DNA of 63,943 nt, counting the filler, from Nemertoderma westbladi (taxonomy: Eukaryota; Animalia; Xenacoelomorpha), in NCBI GenBank assembly GCA_032718475.1. It is 3 parts of 3 records of this genome, joined end to end, with 100 filler letters (N's around TTAATTAATTAA, not from the genome) between each part and the next. Parts side by side here need not be neighbours in the genome. Positions count along the whole stretch, not along the records: positions 1 to 30,174 come from JAUCBJ010001031.1; 2 more parts are not named here. One strand, given 5' to 3'. Shown here piece after piece: positions 1-14,200 of the stretch (positions are counted from its first letter, which is position 1; the number at the start of each line of letters is the position of its first letter). The notes under the pieces were generated by a model. That model did not search any database, was not told the origin of the DNA, and saw only the letters and a program-made list of their open reading frames with translations. A program made the translations under genes and the position numbers.

Positions 1-1229
1 GAAATGACGGAGTTGATAGAAGATGGTCTTGGTATCGGGGAGCGATATACTCTACTTTTACAAGCCGTAATGGTACGTATATGGGCTTCTTAACTACTGG
101 TCATTCTATCAATTTACACAATACGGACTATGTCGACTATATATCCTGCCCAGCGGAGTCGGAACCATAAACGGAAATTCGAATGCGAAAATTCTATTCG
201 AAATCGACTCGAAAGAAAAGACACTTAAGAAACAAATGGACGCGGTAACTCCAACGTATATTTGGAATTCTTGATAGAAGCATTGTAACAACAAATAAAT
301 ATCACCCGCGTTTACCCTACCAGACGTGCGTCTTTGGTATTATTACGATAAATGCCCTAGACCCAACTAATAAACGGAAAGACATAAACATCCACGTAAA
401 CCGAAACTTGTTGACGTATCACCTATGCTCACTCGGCTCGAACGATCCTGGAGTAAACCTACGATCAGAGTCCCGGAATACTCGGTCAAACCTCCTCATT
501 CCTTAGTTGGACCTCAGACCTGCGATCTTGGTGGTGTCGCGGATCCTCGCGGACTGTATTCATGGTTCAAAGATCTAGTGCTACCCTAACAATTAATCGG
601 TAACACTCCGACAGTGATTTCTAGCTAGTCGCCCATCTTACCTAGCCGGATTGTGACGCGGACACCTAATATCACTATCCAACCGTATGGTCGTCCACGT
701 TTAACGCGATACAACCCCTCATCAAGGGGAAGGAGAGCGTTGTACGAAACGAGTTAAACGCTATTTTATAAAGATCAAAAAGGAAACCTGCGTTTGTTCA
801 GATAAACGTAAGTTATAACAGTGAGTCCAATCGATAAACGAATTGTCTTTATCTCAATTCGATTGAGAAATCCAGAATCTCTAAGAAGTTATCGAACTTG
901 GACGATCTTATTCTCTGCGAGAGTTTTTTGGATGAACGTATCCAGCTACGAGCGGAGGAAAATCAGCTCGAGGAGAAGCATATCGAAACGGCAGATACCT
1001 CGACCACAATCCTACACCTTCTGATGCAATCATATTGCACCCTTCACCCAGGAGTTATGGCCCTCCTAGTAAAGTGGCTCCCCCCAAAGAGAAAAAGACT
1101 CTTGCTAGCCTCAAAAAACTGCGTAAACGCCGTCTGCGTAAGAAAGACTAACTGTTTAGAGTATCTTTATGTTTTAGAAACTGTGATTTTTATATTTTAT
1201 AGACTGAAAATCCCATTTTCTGGGAGCGG
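1..1229 (+). mobile_element. 3' internal region of an LTR retrotransposon-like element (no recognisable pol)
   Basis: Colinear with ~50500-51761; ends in a purine-rich GGGAGCGG (PPT-like) directly before TGTAAAAGC in both copies. Confidence 0.6.
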
Positions 1230-2481
1230 TGTAAAAGCTTTTACTGAATTGTCCGGTTATTTTTCCTTATTTTTCCCGTAAAGTACTCTGTAGTTGGTTT
1301 ACCAGGCATAAAAAGGCCGTGTCCTTGCTGTACTGGTGTTTTAGCGGACATAAGAGCTATTTCTTCTGTATTTGTACTTTAGAGGACATAATCCGTAATT
1401 CCGTGACGTAAAAGCTCGATACTCTTGAAAACAGTGTCGCTACCATGACGACGGCTAGCAGCTGATATTGCCACGTCGACGTTTCTTTGTTTCTCTGTTC
1501 TCTCGTTGTTCAGGTTGACCAATCAGAGCGTTTGTTGTCTTTGTGTTGGAGGTATATACAGAAACTCAGTAGTTCAGTGTTATGTTTTTGCCCAGAGCCT
1601 AAGAACCGGCTTTGGCACCTCCGTGTTTTCAGTTTTTAGTCTTACACTAGTAGGTTTAATTATAAAGGGCATATATCCTTTAACTGACATACCGGTACTG
1701 ACATACCGGTACTAACATACCGATCAAACTCATGGAATCACTGCTGACTGATGATACATCCTGACTGCTGAAACATTGCAAACTCATAGCAATCAGTGTT
1801 CAGTTGTTGTTTTATACTGCTATTTACTGTCAGTTCTTCATAATATGGTTGATGAATTATTATATTTGGAATAACGATAAATAACCCCGAAACCCAATAT
1901 TCTTGATATACCGAAGGTAAGAGAGAAAGGTTACCAATAACGATTGTGACTTATGTTAAAGTGGTTTGAAGTGAATCTAATGTTATTTGATAGACCCTAC
2001 ATGAGTCAGCCTGTGTTCCTTTTATATGTGACTAAAATCAGTGAAGATTGGCAGATTAGTGTGCAGTATTGTGCAGCATTGTGTATGAGTGAGTCTGTTA
2101 AAGAAGCAATTCCTAAAGAATGCGCCATATATGTGAATTATAATTAAGCCATATCGTTGTGAGTAGTTTAAGTCATAACTCTGTTTATATAGATAAAGCG
2201 CCACGTCCTAAAGGAACTGTTAATATTCCCGAAGGTGAATAATATTGTCAGAGATTATATAATACTGTCAGTCGAATAATACATTAGGCTTACATAGCAA
2301 TAAAATTAAACCGTCGAACCCAATCTCCCGGGAATATCCAGCGGGTGAATGGTCGCGCACGGATTGGTTTCGACTAGTGTAGTGAATCAAATACTTGTCA
2401 TAGACTAAAAACTGATTTAATATCTAGAAGACATCTTAATTTGGTGGGTTAAACTGCCAAAAGTCTGAAAGCGCGAACAAT
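1230..2481 (+). mobile_element. LTR copy 1 (3'-end truncated)
   Basis: Starts TGTAAAAGCTTTT like the copies at 47474 and 51762; ~1590-2481 is colinear with ~52130-52949; the terminal ...TTTACA is missing. Confidence 0.65.
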
Positions 2482-4329
2482 CATTAATTAAATTATTGAC
2501 TTCAATAGAAGTCAACTCTGGGTCAGTACCCGATTTACCCTGCAAACGAAGTGAAGCTTTGTTAATCTGCTTGGTAAACCGGCTCTTCAAGTTACCACAC
2601 ACCTTTCTATAGTTCGAAACAGTTAATGGCTCTGCTGTAGTAGGCATTATGATAATTAATTAATTTATTATTCTACAAAATTACAGTTTGTATTATAATC
2701 TAAAAATAATATTATTAAGAATATAATCAAGAACAATGGCTTGGGTCACCATGGTTCTATTAGAAGAACGTGACGGACACTTACACACATTTAAACATAT
2801 TAAACTAAAACACACGCTTGGATACATTCCGCACTTACTGTAACAGACTGTACTGTATATACAGTACACGTAGTACACGATACTGTATACGCGTACGTAG
2901 GAAATTCATTCATACTAACTAGCATGGCATAAAAGAAAGGGGGGCACCGTGTAAGAACGTAACAGCCACCACCCGCGGGATAAATCCCGCGAACCTCACT
3001 GCAGGTCCCAAATGACCCGAGAGGTTCTCAAGAAGGTACGTCCGGCTTCCAAAATGACAGACGTCCTTATACACAACATTATAAAGAACAAGAAACATAC
3101 ATAACGTATGAATTTCCTACACACACGTACTGTACTGTACATCACATGTACACCACGCCACTGAGCAGTGCACGGAACATACCAAAACGTTGCCAATAAA
3201 ATATATCTAAACATGACTCAAAGGATGGAACATAAACAAACATGTACAGATAAATACAAATCCGATATTACTATTGAGACTGAAAATTTATAAGATCCAA
3301 TACGAAGGAATCACTACACGTATTTTAGTGTAAAATGCGGAACTAATATCGCATTTCGTTTATGTAGTTAGTGTGTGATTTTCTAACTTGTTTAAAATAA
3401 TCCGGACTATAATTAGGGAGAATTAACGTATTTATACCTTATCTAAAAGGCTAAAGCATTGGCAATATTTAGGCCCATTATCGTGACAAACGAATAAATA
3501 ACAGATCGGATTTATATTTATACTGACCATGACATATCAAGGGTGAAATCACTAATACTAATTAATATACTATCGCCTTGGGGCGAACAGGAAGATACCG
3601 GGACGAAACCGAGTAGGGATCGAAGTGACAGCCGTCGCTGAATAAACAGGCTGCGGTCTTCATAGATACCAGGTGATTTCCCGCCAGGCGTTCGTCCTTA
3701 TTGCGTCCTCCACGTCATTCCGAGAGAAACTCCGGTGACCCAAGACTTCGCCCTTTAGTGACTAAGGGCGACCATGCTTCTCATAACAAGTTTATAAGAA
3801 AATAACTAAACCAAATCTCATTATAATTGCCGTAAGAGTGGCGCTAAAATACGGTAACTTGTCCCGTATTCTCTGGAAAATATAGCCGGATACCAAATAT
3901 ACAAATGAATCAAATAAAAGGATAAAGAATAACGAAATATTAAATATATTATTAACGATATTAGATAGTCGTTAATATTACTAGCAAAAAACAAACAATG
4001 AATATTATTTTTACTCAACTCTAAAAGCTAATCAATGATACATAGCAAAACAGAGCTGTAATTGATTTTGAGAGTAGCCAATCACAGATTAGACATTCCC
4101 AATAGTACCATTAGCTAAGCTTCATATAAACAGCTGTTTGTATAGAGTAACAAGAATTCTCTACCTAATTATAATTAGAGCATATCCCTTGGCGTGAGCA
4201 AAGCTCCGAAGGGAAACGATAACCAATAATGAACACTATGATAATAATACACATGCGACTGGACAGCACAATTATAACTTTACAACCTATAAATTTGATT
4301 TGAAATAAAGACTTATTTGACAAGGTGCG

Positions 4330-5670
4330 CGTAGAATCTTACAGTAGCTTTCGAAAGAAATATACTTTTCATGCCCTATATTTTTTACTTATTATGCCCT
4401 TATACAGTTATATAATTACTTTAATGCCCTATACAATTTATAACTTTTTATGCCCTATATTTTTTACTTATTTGACTTATTTTTATGTAGGCCTAACAGT
4501 AACACGGTACAATGTACAACCTAATACAGTACCGGTGTCCTAGGCGATTCTGCCCCCCCCCCCCCCCTCCCTATAGACTTACAGTATAATAATACTGTAG
4601 TAGAACTGCCTTAGCGTTCCGTACAGGGTAATGTAGCATTAGGTTCCGAATGGCCGTAGCTTTAGGTCCTGGCACATTAGGTCCTGTAGCGTTTAGGTCC
4701 TGTAGCATACAGTATATATCTGATTAGTTTTCTATTCACTCATTCTACAATATTCCTAACTCTCGTTTATTATTTTGGTTCCTACTCCTCCTGCTCCTAA
4801 CCTGCTCCTTTACTAACTTGCCTGGTTTTGGAGGCAGATTGCTAATCAGGAGCTAACGCCACGGACAATATGCTACCAGGACCTAATGCCATGGACCTAA
4901 AAGCTACAGTACCATCAAGACCTAAAGCGCCAGGACCTAAGGCACCATAACCCCGTGCAGCACTTTAACTTAGATTTATTGGTTTATTTTTTTTGTTTAG
5001 GGTTGGTTGGTGAGGCCCAAACCCGAATTAAAACAGTCATGTAACACCCTAACCCTAAATCATGGAGGCTCTAATCTAGGAAATTTTGTAAAATTTTGGA
5101 TCCCATTAATATGGTCAATTTCTGAATTACGTCGTTTATTACTGTAGTTTAATTTGTAATTGCAATAGGCCTTCTAGTGCAGTAGTGGGTTTCTTTCTAC
5201 TTATCAGTGTTAATTTTTTCATTTGAATAACTGTATTTGTAATTCAATAATGAACTTTCTAGTTAACTAATTCAATCAATCATTCATTAAGTTGTTTTTT
5301 TAGTTTAATTTATAATTGCAATAGGCCTAGTGCAGTTCGAGGAATTCCTACTCCTTATCAGTGTTAATTTTTCAATTTATAAATTACAGAATTAAATTAC
5401 TATTATAATAGATTATTGTTGTGTATCAATTTCTAAGTATTTCTCACAGGGACGGGTGTATTTGCGTTTTATTGACAGTAATAATCAACAGTCTGACAGT
5501 CAAGTATAGCAGTTTTGCTAGTCCAAAAAAATATAGGGCGGAAAAGTACTTATATAGGGCATAAAAGTATTAATAGAAAAAAAAATAAAGGGCAAGTGAG
5601 TAAAAAATATAGGGCAAAAAAAAAAATAAAAAATATTGGGCAAAAAAATAACTGCCCTTTCGAAACAAAT
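4330..5670. mobile_element. Degenerate foldback/MITE-like element with subterminal repeats
   Basis: Left arm has repeated TGCCCTATA, right arm has repeated TATAGGGC(A); boundaries approximate. Confidence 0.45.
4626..4954. mobile_element. Nested MITE-like element
   Basis: Repeated (T)TAGGTCC on the left mirrored by repeated GGACCTAA on the right; GGG...CCCC ends. Confidence 0.5.
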
Positions 5671-6526
5671 TATGTTTTTTTACTTGATGATATAATCTCT
5701 GTTTACTTGGTATTATTTCGTTCGTCATTATTGTAGTTTTATTGTTGTTGTTTGTGTTTTAGCATTTATCCCTCTATCGGTTGTTGCCTTTGCCCTTATT
5801 CATAAATGTGTATTAGTAATAAGTTATAACTTCTAATTAGGTATTCGTACCTGTGGTGTTCCCCCTGTTTATATTTTAATGTTTAAAATTAAACTAAGTG
5901 TCTTAAATAAATAAAAATAAATGTTGAACAGATAGTATGACAGTATAATAGGCCTAAATAGCCGAAACTACTGTAGAATAAGATAAATTCATATTTTTCA
6001 CAGGAGCCATTCGGCAATTAAATCTGTACTCCATGAACACGCTTGTCATGCTGTACCATGGCTACAGTATTTTCATATCTCCTCATACTGTCACACACGA
6101 CAGCATGATACAGTAGAGTATACCAGTATACTGGTACTGCAGTACTGGCTGACTGGCATGCAATACTGCAATACAGCAATAGACAGATAGATCAGATCAG
6201 TAGATAGCTGCAGCTGGATTGGCAGGCCTATTCTGTATGCGATACAGCGCTATGGCAGTATGGTCAGGTTAAAAGAACACTGTCTGACACTGGCAGTACC
6301 TCCTACAGCCTGACAGCAGTACCGGTAACTGTTAAACACGGTCCAGACGGTCTGACCACTGACTGACGGTTGTCACATGACTATTCCCTAGCCTACTGCC
6401 TACTGCCCTATGCCTATTAAAGATTGCGGTTTAAAGATCTACAATAAATATTATTAAATCAGATAGGCCTAGGCCTAAGTGTAAGTGCTAAGACCTAGCG
6501 GCGTTAGACCTAGTGCAGTACCGGTG

Positions 6527-6687
6527 ATGAAGCTAACTGATACAGTGGTTCGAAGTTTTCACGTTGCTAAAGTTTTCAGAGAGAACGCGGAACGAATTAA
6601 TTCCATAGATTTCTCACACAATGGTGAAACTTTGATATCCAGCAGTGATGATGATTCAATTGTTATCTATGATTGTCAAACTGGAAC
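6527..6687 (+). CDS. WDR82: WD repeat-containing protein 82 (SET1/COMPASS Swd2 homologue), exon 1
   Basis: [50 protein letters not shown] matches the WDR82 N-terminus; donor GTAAGT at 6688 (phase 2). Confidence 0.95.
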
Positions 6688-7181
6688 GTAAGTCAGTAAG
6701 TTGTCTTGCACCCAGCTGCCCAGCCCAGCGGCCACCGCCAACATCCTTTCAAGTCATTTATCAAATAAGGCTGTGGCTAGGCGAGGACAGGAGGAGGCCC
6801 TCCGCCCGCCCTACCTACACAACTACTGCCATATCAGCTTCTACAGTTCTGCAGTTCTATGCAAGGTGCCCTAGCCACTGGCACTGAGCCATATACAAAT
6901 TACAATACTATTTGGCTATTGCTGTATTGGCCAGCCGGCAGCCCAGCAGTTCTGAATTTTATTTCATTCAATCGTTATTCCCTGAAATCAAATCACATCA
7001 GCAATTAATGTATCAAATGTATGTAACATGCTGACATGTGGTAACATAGTTATAGGGACCCAATATAACATATGGCAGTATGGGGGTTACGTCTGTACGT
7101 TTGATCCGAAGTAACTTTCTCTCTGTCACCCTATTGCTATTCTTATTCTTATTACTATTACTGTATTACTCATTGTTGCAG

Positions 7182-7279
7182 GCCAAAGAAGACCTTATAC
7201 AGCAAGAAGTATGGAGTGGACTTCATTCGCTATACGCACAGTCAGACTACAGTCATTTATAGTTCAAATAAAGTTGATG
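7182..7279 (+). CDS. WDR82: WDR82 exon 2
   Basis: ttgcag acceptor; [32 protein letters not shown]; donor GTACGT at 7280 (phase 1). Confidence 0.95.
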
Positions 7280-7320
7280 GTACGTTTCTAATTGTTATCT
7301 CGTCAGTCAAGGCAAGGGGA

Positions 7321-7613
7321 TATCACACTAGAGGCTCCACATTTTCACGGTTCTCGTGGGCCTCGAGGTTACAATAGTGGCGGCCCAAACCCTAATTAAG
7401 GCAGTAATTTAACGCTAATAGTAACCCTAGTAATGTCCGAAATTCCTTTAATTATGGTTTGTGCCTAACCATGAAACCCTAACCTAAAAAACAACCAATA
7501 TTCCAGTCAGTACCTACAAAACATCCCAAAATCAAGTCATTAAGTAACCCAAGACAGCCAAGTAAAATAACGCTGTATGTTTTCTTTATAAAAAGAGGAG
7601 TCTGGAGTGTGAT
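7321..7613. mobile_element. Small MITE in WDR82 intron 2
   Basis: Imperfect TIRs TATCACACTAGAGGCTCC / GGAGTCTGGAGTGTGATA. Confidence 0.5.
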
Positions 7614-7871
7614 ACAGCCTCTCGTCAATATAGTATGTTTTTTCTATCCAAATTGTTCATATCCTCTTTGGAGGCCATCACCAACACCATACTACTGACG
7701 TGTGGAATATGGAATAGTCCACTCGTCAGTACCGTATTTAACCTGTGAGAGCTTTAAGAAAATAGTTTATTGTACCCCAACCCAGTTCAGCACCGTAGAG
7801 AAATATAATCACAAAATTTATATATTTTTTTACAAACGATTATTGAATTGTATACAATCTCTCTTTTACAG

Positions 7872-8022
7872 ATACTATTCGATATCTTTCTCTCCACGAC
7901 AATAAGTACATACGCTACTTTCCCGGACACACGAAGAAAGTGGTTGCCATGTCAATGTCTCCAACCGATGATACGTTCCTCTCGGGGTCTCTAGATAAAA
8001 CTCTTCGATTATGGGACCTCAG
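7872..8022 (+). CDS. WDR82: WDR82 exon 3 (no downstream exons in this contig)
   Basis: ttttacag acceptor; [51 protein letters not shown]; donor GTAATT at 8023 (phase 2). Confidence 0.95.
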
Positions 8023-8203
8023 GTAATTTCCTCTTTCCATCCCATTAGGGGGGGGGGGGGGGGGGGGGCGTGGTAGATTTTTCAATTACAATCCCCTCTA
8101 GTGCAGATTTTATGAGGATTTCAAAACTTCAAACCGTTTGTTAACAGCTAATGTAATTCAAAAGTTATGGGTGATATGTTAACCTTACTTTGTGTAAGTA
8201 TAG

Positions 8204-11200
8204 GTAAATGTACTACCGATATGTTTGTTTAGGTAAATGTACAACCGATATGTTTGTTTAGGTAAATGTACAACCGATATGTTTGTTTAGGTAAATGTAC
8301 TACCGATATGTTTGTTTAGGTAAATGTACTACCGATATGTTTGTTTAGGTAAATGTACAACCGATATGTTTGTTTAGGTAAATGTACTACCGATATGTTT
8401 GTTTAGGTAAATGTACTACCGATATGTTTGTTTAGGTAAATGTCACACTACCGATATGTTTGTTTAGGTAAATGTACAACCGATATGTTTGTTTAGGTAA
8501 ATGTACTACCGATATGTTTGTTTAGGTAAATGTACTACCGATATGTTTGTTTAGGTAAATGTACAACCGATATGTTTGTTTAGGTAAATGTACAACCGAT
8601 ATGTTTGTTTAGGTAAATGTACTACCGATATGTTTGTTTAGGTAAATGTACAACCGATATGTTTGTTTAGGTAAATGTACAACCGATATGTTTGTTTAGG
8701 TAAATGTACAACCGATATGTTTGTTTAGGTAAATGTACAACCGATATGTTTGTTTAGGTAAATGTACAACCGATATGTTTGTTTAGGTAAATGTACTACC
8801 GATATGTTTGTTTAGGTAAATGTACTACCGATATGTTTGTTTAGGTAAATGTACAACCGATATGTTTGTTTAGGTAAATGTACTACCGATATGTTTGTTT
8901 AGGTAAATGTACTACCGATATGTTTGTTTAGGTAAATGTACAACCGATATGTTTGTTTAGGTAAATGTACAACCGATATGTTTGTTTAGGTAAATGTACA
9001 ACCGATATGTTTGTTTAGGTAAATGTACTACCGATATGTTTGTTTAGGTAAATGTACTACCGATATGTTTGTTTAGGTAAATGTACAACCGATATGTTTG
9101 TTTAGGTAAATGTACAACCGATATGTTTGTTTAGGTAAATGTACAACCGATATGTTTGTTTAGGTAAATGTACTACCGATATGTTTGTTTAGGTAAATGT
9201 ACTACCGATATGTTTGTTTAGGTAAATGTACAACCGATATGTTTGTTTAGGTAAATGTACAACCGATATGTTTGTTTAGGTAAATGTACTACCGATATGT
9301 TTGTTTAGGTAAATGTACACGGACTACCGATATGTTTGTTTAGGTAAATGTACTACCGATATGTTTGTTTAGGTAAATGTACAACCGATATGTTTGTTTA
9401 GGTAAATGTACTACCGATATGTTTGTTTAGGTAAATGTACAACGGACTACCGATATGTTTGTTTAGGTAAATGTACAACCGATATGTTTGTTTAGGTAAA
9501 TGTACTACCGATATGTTTGTTTAGGTAAATGTACTACCGATATGTTTGTTTAGGTAAATGTACTACCGATATGTTTGTTTAGGTAAATGTCACGACTACC
9601 GATATGTTTGTTTAGGTAAATGTACTACCGATATGTTTGTTTAGGTAAATGTACAACCGATATGTTTGTTTAGGTAAATGTACTACCGATATGTTTGTTT
9701 AGGTAAATGTACTACCGATATGTTTGTTTAGGTAAATGTACAACCGATATGTTTGTTTAGGTAAATGTACTACCGATATGTTTGTTTAGGTAAATGTACT
9801 ACCGATATGTTTGTTTAGGTAAATGTCACGACTACCGATATGTTTGTTTAGGTAAATGTACAACCGATATGTTTGTTTAGGTAAATGTACTACCGATATG
9901 TTTGTTTAGGTAAATGTACTACCGATATGTTTGTTTAGGTAAATGTACTACCGATATGTTTGTTTAGGTAAATGTAACGACTACCGATATGTTTGTTTAG
10001 GTAAATGTACAACCGATATGTTTGTTTAGGTAAATGTACAACCGATATGTTTGTTTAGGTAAATGTACTACCGATATGTTTGTTTAGGTAAATGTACTAC
10101 CGATATGTTTGTTTAGGTAAATGTACAACCGATATGTTTGTTTAGGTAAATGTACTACCGATATGTTTGTTTAGGTAAATGTACTACCGATATGTTTGTT
10201 TAGGTAAATGTACACTACCGATATGTTTGTTTAGGTAAATGTACAACCGATATGTTTGTTTAGGTAAATGTACTACCGATATGTTTGTTTAGGTAAATGT
10301 ACAACCGATATGTTTGTTTAGGTAAATGTACTACCGATATGTTTGTTTAGGTAAATGTACAACCGATATGTTTGTTTAGGTAAATGTACTACCGATATGT
10401 TTGTTTAGGTAAATGTACAACCGATATGTTTGTTTAGGTAAATGTACTACCGATATGTTTGTTTAGGTAAATGTACTACCGATATGTTTGTTTAGGTAAA
10501 TGTACTACCGATATGTTTGTTTAGGTAAATGTACTACCGATATGTTTGTTTAGGTAAATGTACAACCGATATGTTTGTTTAGGTAAATGTACTACCGATA
10601 TGTTTGTTTAGGTAAATGTACTACCGATATGTTTGTTTAGGTAAATGTACTACCGATATGTTTGTTTAGGTAAATGTACAACCGATATGTTTGTTTAGGT
10701 AAATGTACTACCGATATGTTTGTTTAGGTAAATGTACAACCGATATGTTTGTTTAGGTAAATGTACAACCGATATGTTTGTTTAGGTAAATGTACAACCG
10801 ATATGTTTGTTTAGGTAAATGTACAACCGATATGTTTGTTTAGGTAAATGTACTACCGATATGTTTGTTTAGGTAAATGTACTACCGATATGTTTGTTTA
10901 GGTAAATGTACTACCGATATGTTTGTTTAGGTAAATGTACAACCGATATGTTTGTTTAGGTAAATGTACAACCGATATGTTTGTTTAGGTAAATGTACAA
11001 CCGATATGTTTGTTTAGGTAAATGTACAACCGATATGTTTGTTTAGGTAAATGTACAACCGATATGTTTGTTTAGGTAAATGTACAACCGATATGTTTGT
11101 TTAGGTAAATGTACAACCGATATGTTTGTTTAGGTAAATGTACTACCGATATGTTTGTTTAGGTAAATGTACTACCGATATGTTTGTTTAGGTAAATGTA

Positions 11201-14200
11201 CAACCGATATGTTTGTTTAGGTAAATGTACAACCGATATGTTTGTTTAGGTAAATGTACAACCGATATGTTTGTTTAGGTAAATGTACAACCGATATGTT
11301 TGTTTAGGTAAATGTACAACCGATATGTTTGTTTAGGTAAATGTACAACCGATATGTTTGTTTAGGTAAATGTACAACCGATATGTTTGTTTAGGTAAAT
11401 GTACAACCGATATGTTTGTTTAGGTAAATGTACTACCGATATGTTTGTTTAGGTAAATGTACAACCGATATGTTTGTTTAGGTAAATGTACAACCGATAT
11501 GTTTGTTTAGGTAAATGTACAACCGATATGTTTGTTTAGGTAAATGTACAACCGATATGTTTGTTTAGGTAAATGTACTACCGATATGTTTGTTTAGGTA
11601 AATGTACAACCGATATGTTTGTTTAGGTAAATGTACAACCGATATGTTTGTTTAGGTAAATGTACAACCGATATGTTTGTTTAGGTAAATGTACAACCGA
11701 TATGTTTGTTTAGGTAAATGTACAACCGATATGTTTGTTTAGGTAAATGTACTACCGATATGTTTGTTTAGGTAAATGTACAACCGATATGTTTGTTTAG
11801 GTAAATGTACAACCGATATGTTTGTTTAGGTAAATGTACAACCGATATGTTTGTTTAGGTAAATGTACTACCGATATGTTTGTTTAGGTAAATGTACAAC
11901 CGATATGTTTGTTTAGGTAAATGTACAACCGATATGTTTGTTTAGGTAAATGTACTACCGATATGTTTGTTTAGGTAAATGTACAACCGATATGTTTGTT
12001 TAGGTAAATGTACTACCGATATGTTTGTTTAGGTAAATGTACTACCGATATGTTTGTTTAGGTAAATGTACTACCGATATGTTTGTTTAGGTAAATGTAC
12101 AACCGATATGTTTGTTTAGGTAAATGTACAACCGATATGTTTGTTTAGGTAAATGTACAACCGATATGTTTGTTTAGGTAAATGTACAACCGATATGTTT
12201 GTTTAGGTAAATGTACAACCGATATGTTTGTTTAGGTAAATGTACAACCGATATGTTTGTTTAGGTAAATGTACAACCGATATGTTTGTTTAGGTAAATG
12301 TACAACCGATATGTTTGTTTAGGTAAATGTACAACCGATATGTTTGTTTAGGTAAATGTACAACCGATATGTTTGTTTAGGTAAATGTACAACCGATATG
12401 TTTGTTTAGGTAAATGTACAACCGATATGTTTGTTTAGGTAAATGTACAACCGATATGTTTGTTTAGGTAAATGTACAACCGATATGTTTGTTTAGGTAA
12501 ATGTACAACCGATATGTTTGTTTAGGTAAATGTACAACCGATATGTTTGTTTAGGTAAATGTACAACCGATATGTTTGTTTAGGTAAATGTACAACCGAT
12601 ATGTTTGTTTAGGTAAATGTACAACCGATATGTTTGTTTAGGTAAATGTACAACCGATATGTTTGTTTAGGTAAATGTACAACCGATATGTTTGTTTAGG
12701 TAAATGTACAACCGATATGTTTGTTTAGGTAAATGTACAACCGATATGTTTGTTTAGGTAAATGTACTACCGATATGTTTGTTTAGGTAAATGTACAACC
12801 GATATGTTTGTTTAGGTAAATGTACAACCGATATGTTTGTTTAGGTAAATGTACAACCGATATGTTTGTTTAGGTAAATGTACAACCGATATGTTTGTTT
12901 AGGTAAATGTACAACCGATATGTTTGTTTAGGTAAATGTACAACCGATATGTTTGTTTAGGTAAATGTACAACCGATATGTTTGTTTAGGTAAATGTACA
13001 ACCGATATGTTTGTTTAGGTAAATGTACAACCGATATGTTTGTTTAGGTAAATGTACAACCGATATGTTTGTTTAGGTAAATGTACAACCGATATGTTTG
13101 TTTAGGTAAATGTACAACCGATATGTTTGTTTAGGTAAATGTACTACCGATATGTTTGTTTAGGTAAATGTACAACCGATATGTTTGTTTAGGTAAATGT
13201 ACAACCGATATGTTTGTTTAGGTAAATGTACAACCGATATGTTTGTTTAGGTAAATGTACTACCGATATGTTTGTTTAGGTAAATGTACTACCGATATGT
13301 TTGTTTAGGTAAATGTACAACCGATATGTTTGTTTAGGTAAATGTACAACCGATATGTTTGTTTAGGTAAATGTACAACCGATATGTTTGTTTAGGTAAA
13401 TGTACAACCGATATGTTTGTTTAGGTAAATGTACTACCGATATGTTTGTTTAGGTAAATGTACAACCGATATGTTTGTTTAGGTAAATGTACAACCGATA
13501 TGTTTGTTTAGGTAAATGTACAACCGATATGTTTGTTTAGGTAAATGTACAACCGATATGTTTGTTTAGGTAAATGTACAACCGATATGTTTGTTTAGGT
13601 AAATGTACTACCGATATGTTTGTTTAGGTAAATGTACAACCGATATGTTTGTTTAGGTAAATGTACAACCGATATGTTTGTTTAGGTAAATGTACAACCG
13701 ATATGTTTGTTTAGGTAAATGTACAACCGATATGTTTGTTTAGGTAAATGTACAACCGATATGTTTGTTTAGGTAAATGTACAACCGATATGTTTGTTTA
13801 GGTAAATGTACAACCGATATGTTTGTTTAGGTAAATGTACAACCGATATGTTTGTTTAGGTAAATGTACAACCGATATGTTTGTTTAGGTAAATGTACAA
13901 CCGATATGTTTGTTTAGGTAAATGTACTACCGATATGTTTGTTTAGGTAAATGTACAACCGATATGTTTGTTTAGGTAAATGTACAACCGATATGTTTGT
14001 TTAGGTAAATGTACAACCGATATGTTTGTTTAGGTAAATGTACAACCGATATGTTTGTTTAGGTAAATGTACAACCGATATGTTTGTTTAGGTAAATGTA
14101 CAACCGATATGTTTGTTTAGGTAAATGTACTACCGATATGTTTGTTTAGGTAAATGTACAACCGATATGTTTGTTTAGGTAAATGTACAACCGATATGTT

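Noticed and set aside
1745-1800. Second hammerhead candidate (CTGATGA...GAAA)
   Set aside because: No stem II pairing and no consistent stem I/III
9300-10230. Units with 2-5-nt insertions in the 29-mer array (and 1-nt deletions near 19119 and 19154)
   Set aside because: Clustered and irregular; most likely consensus or polishing noise
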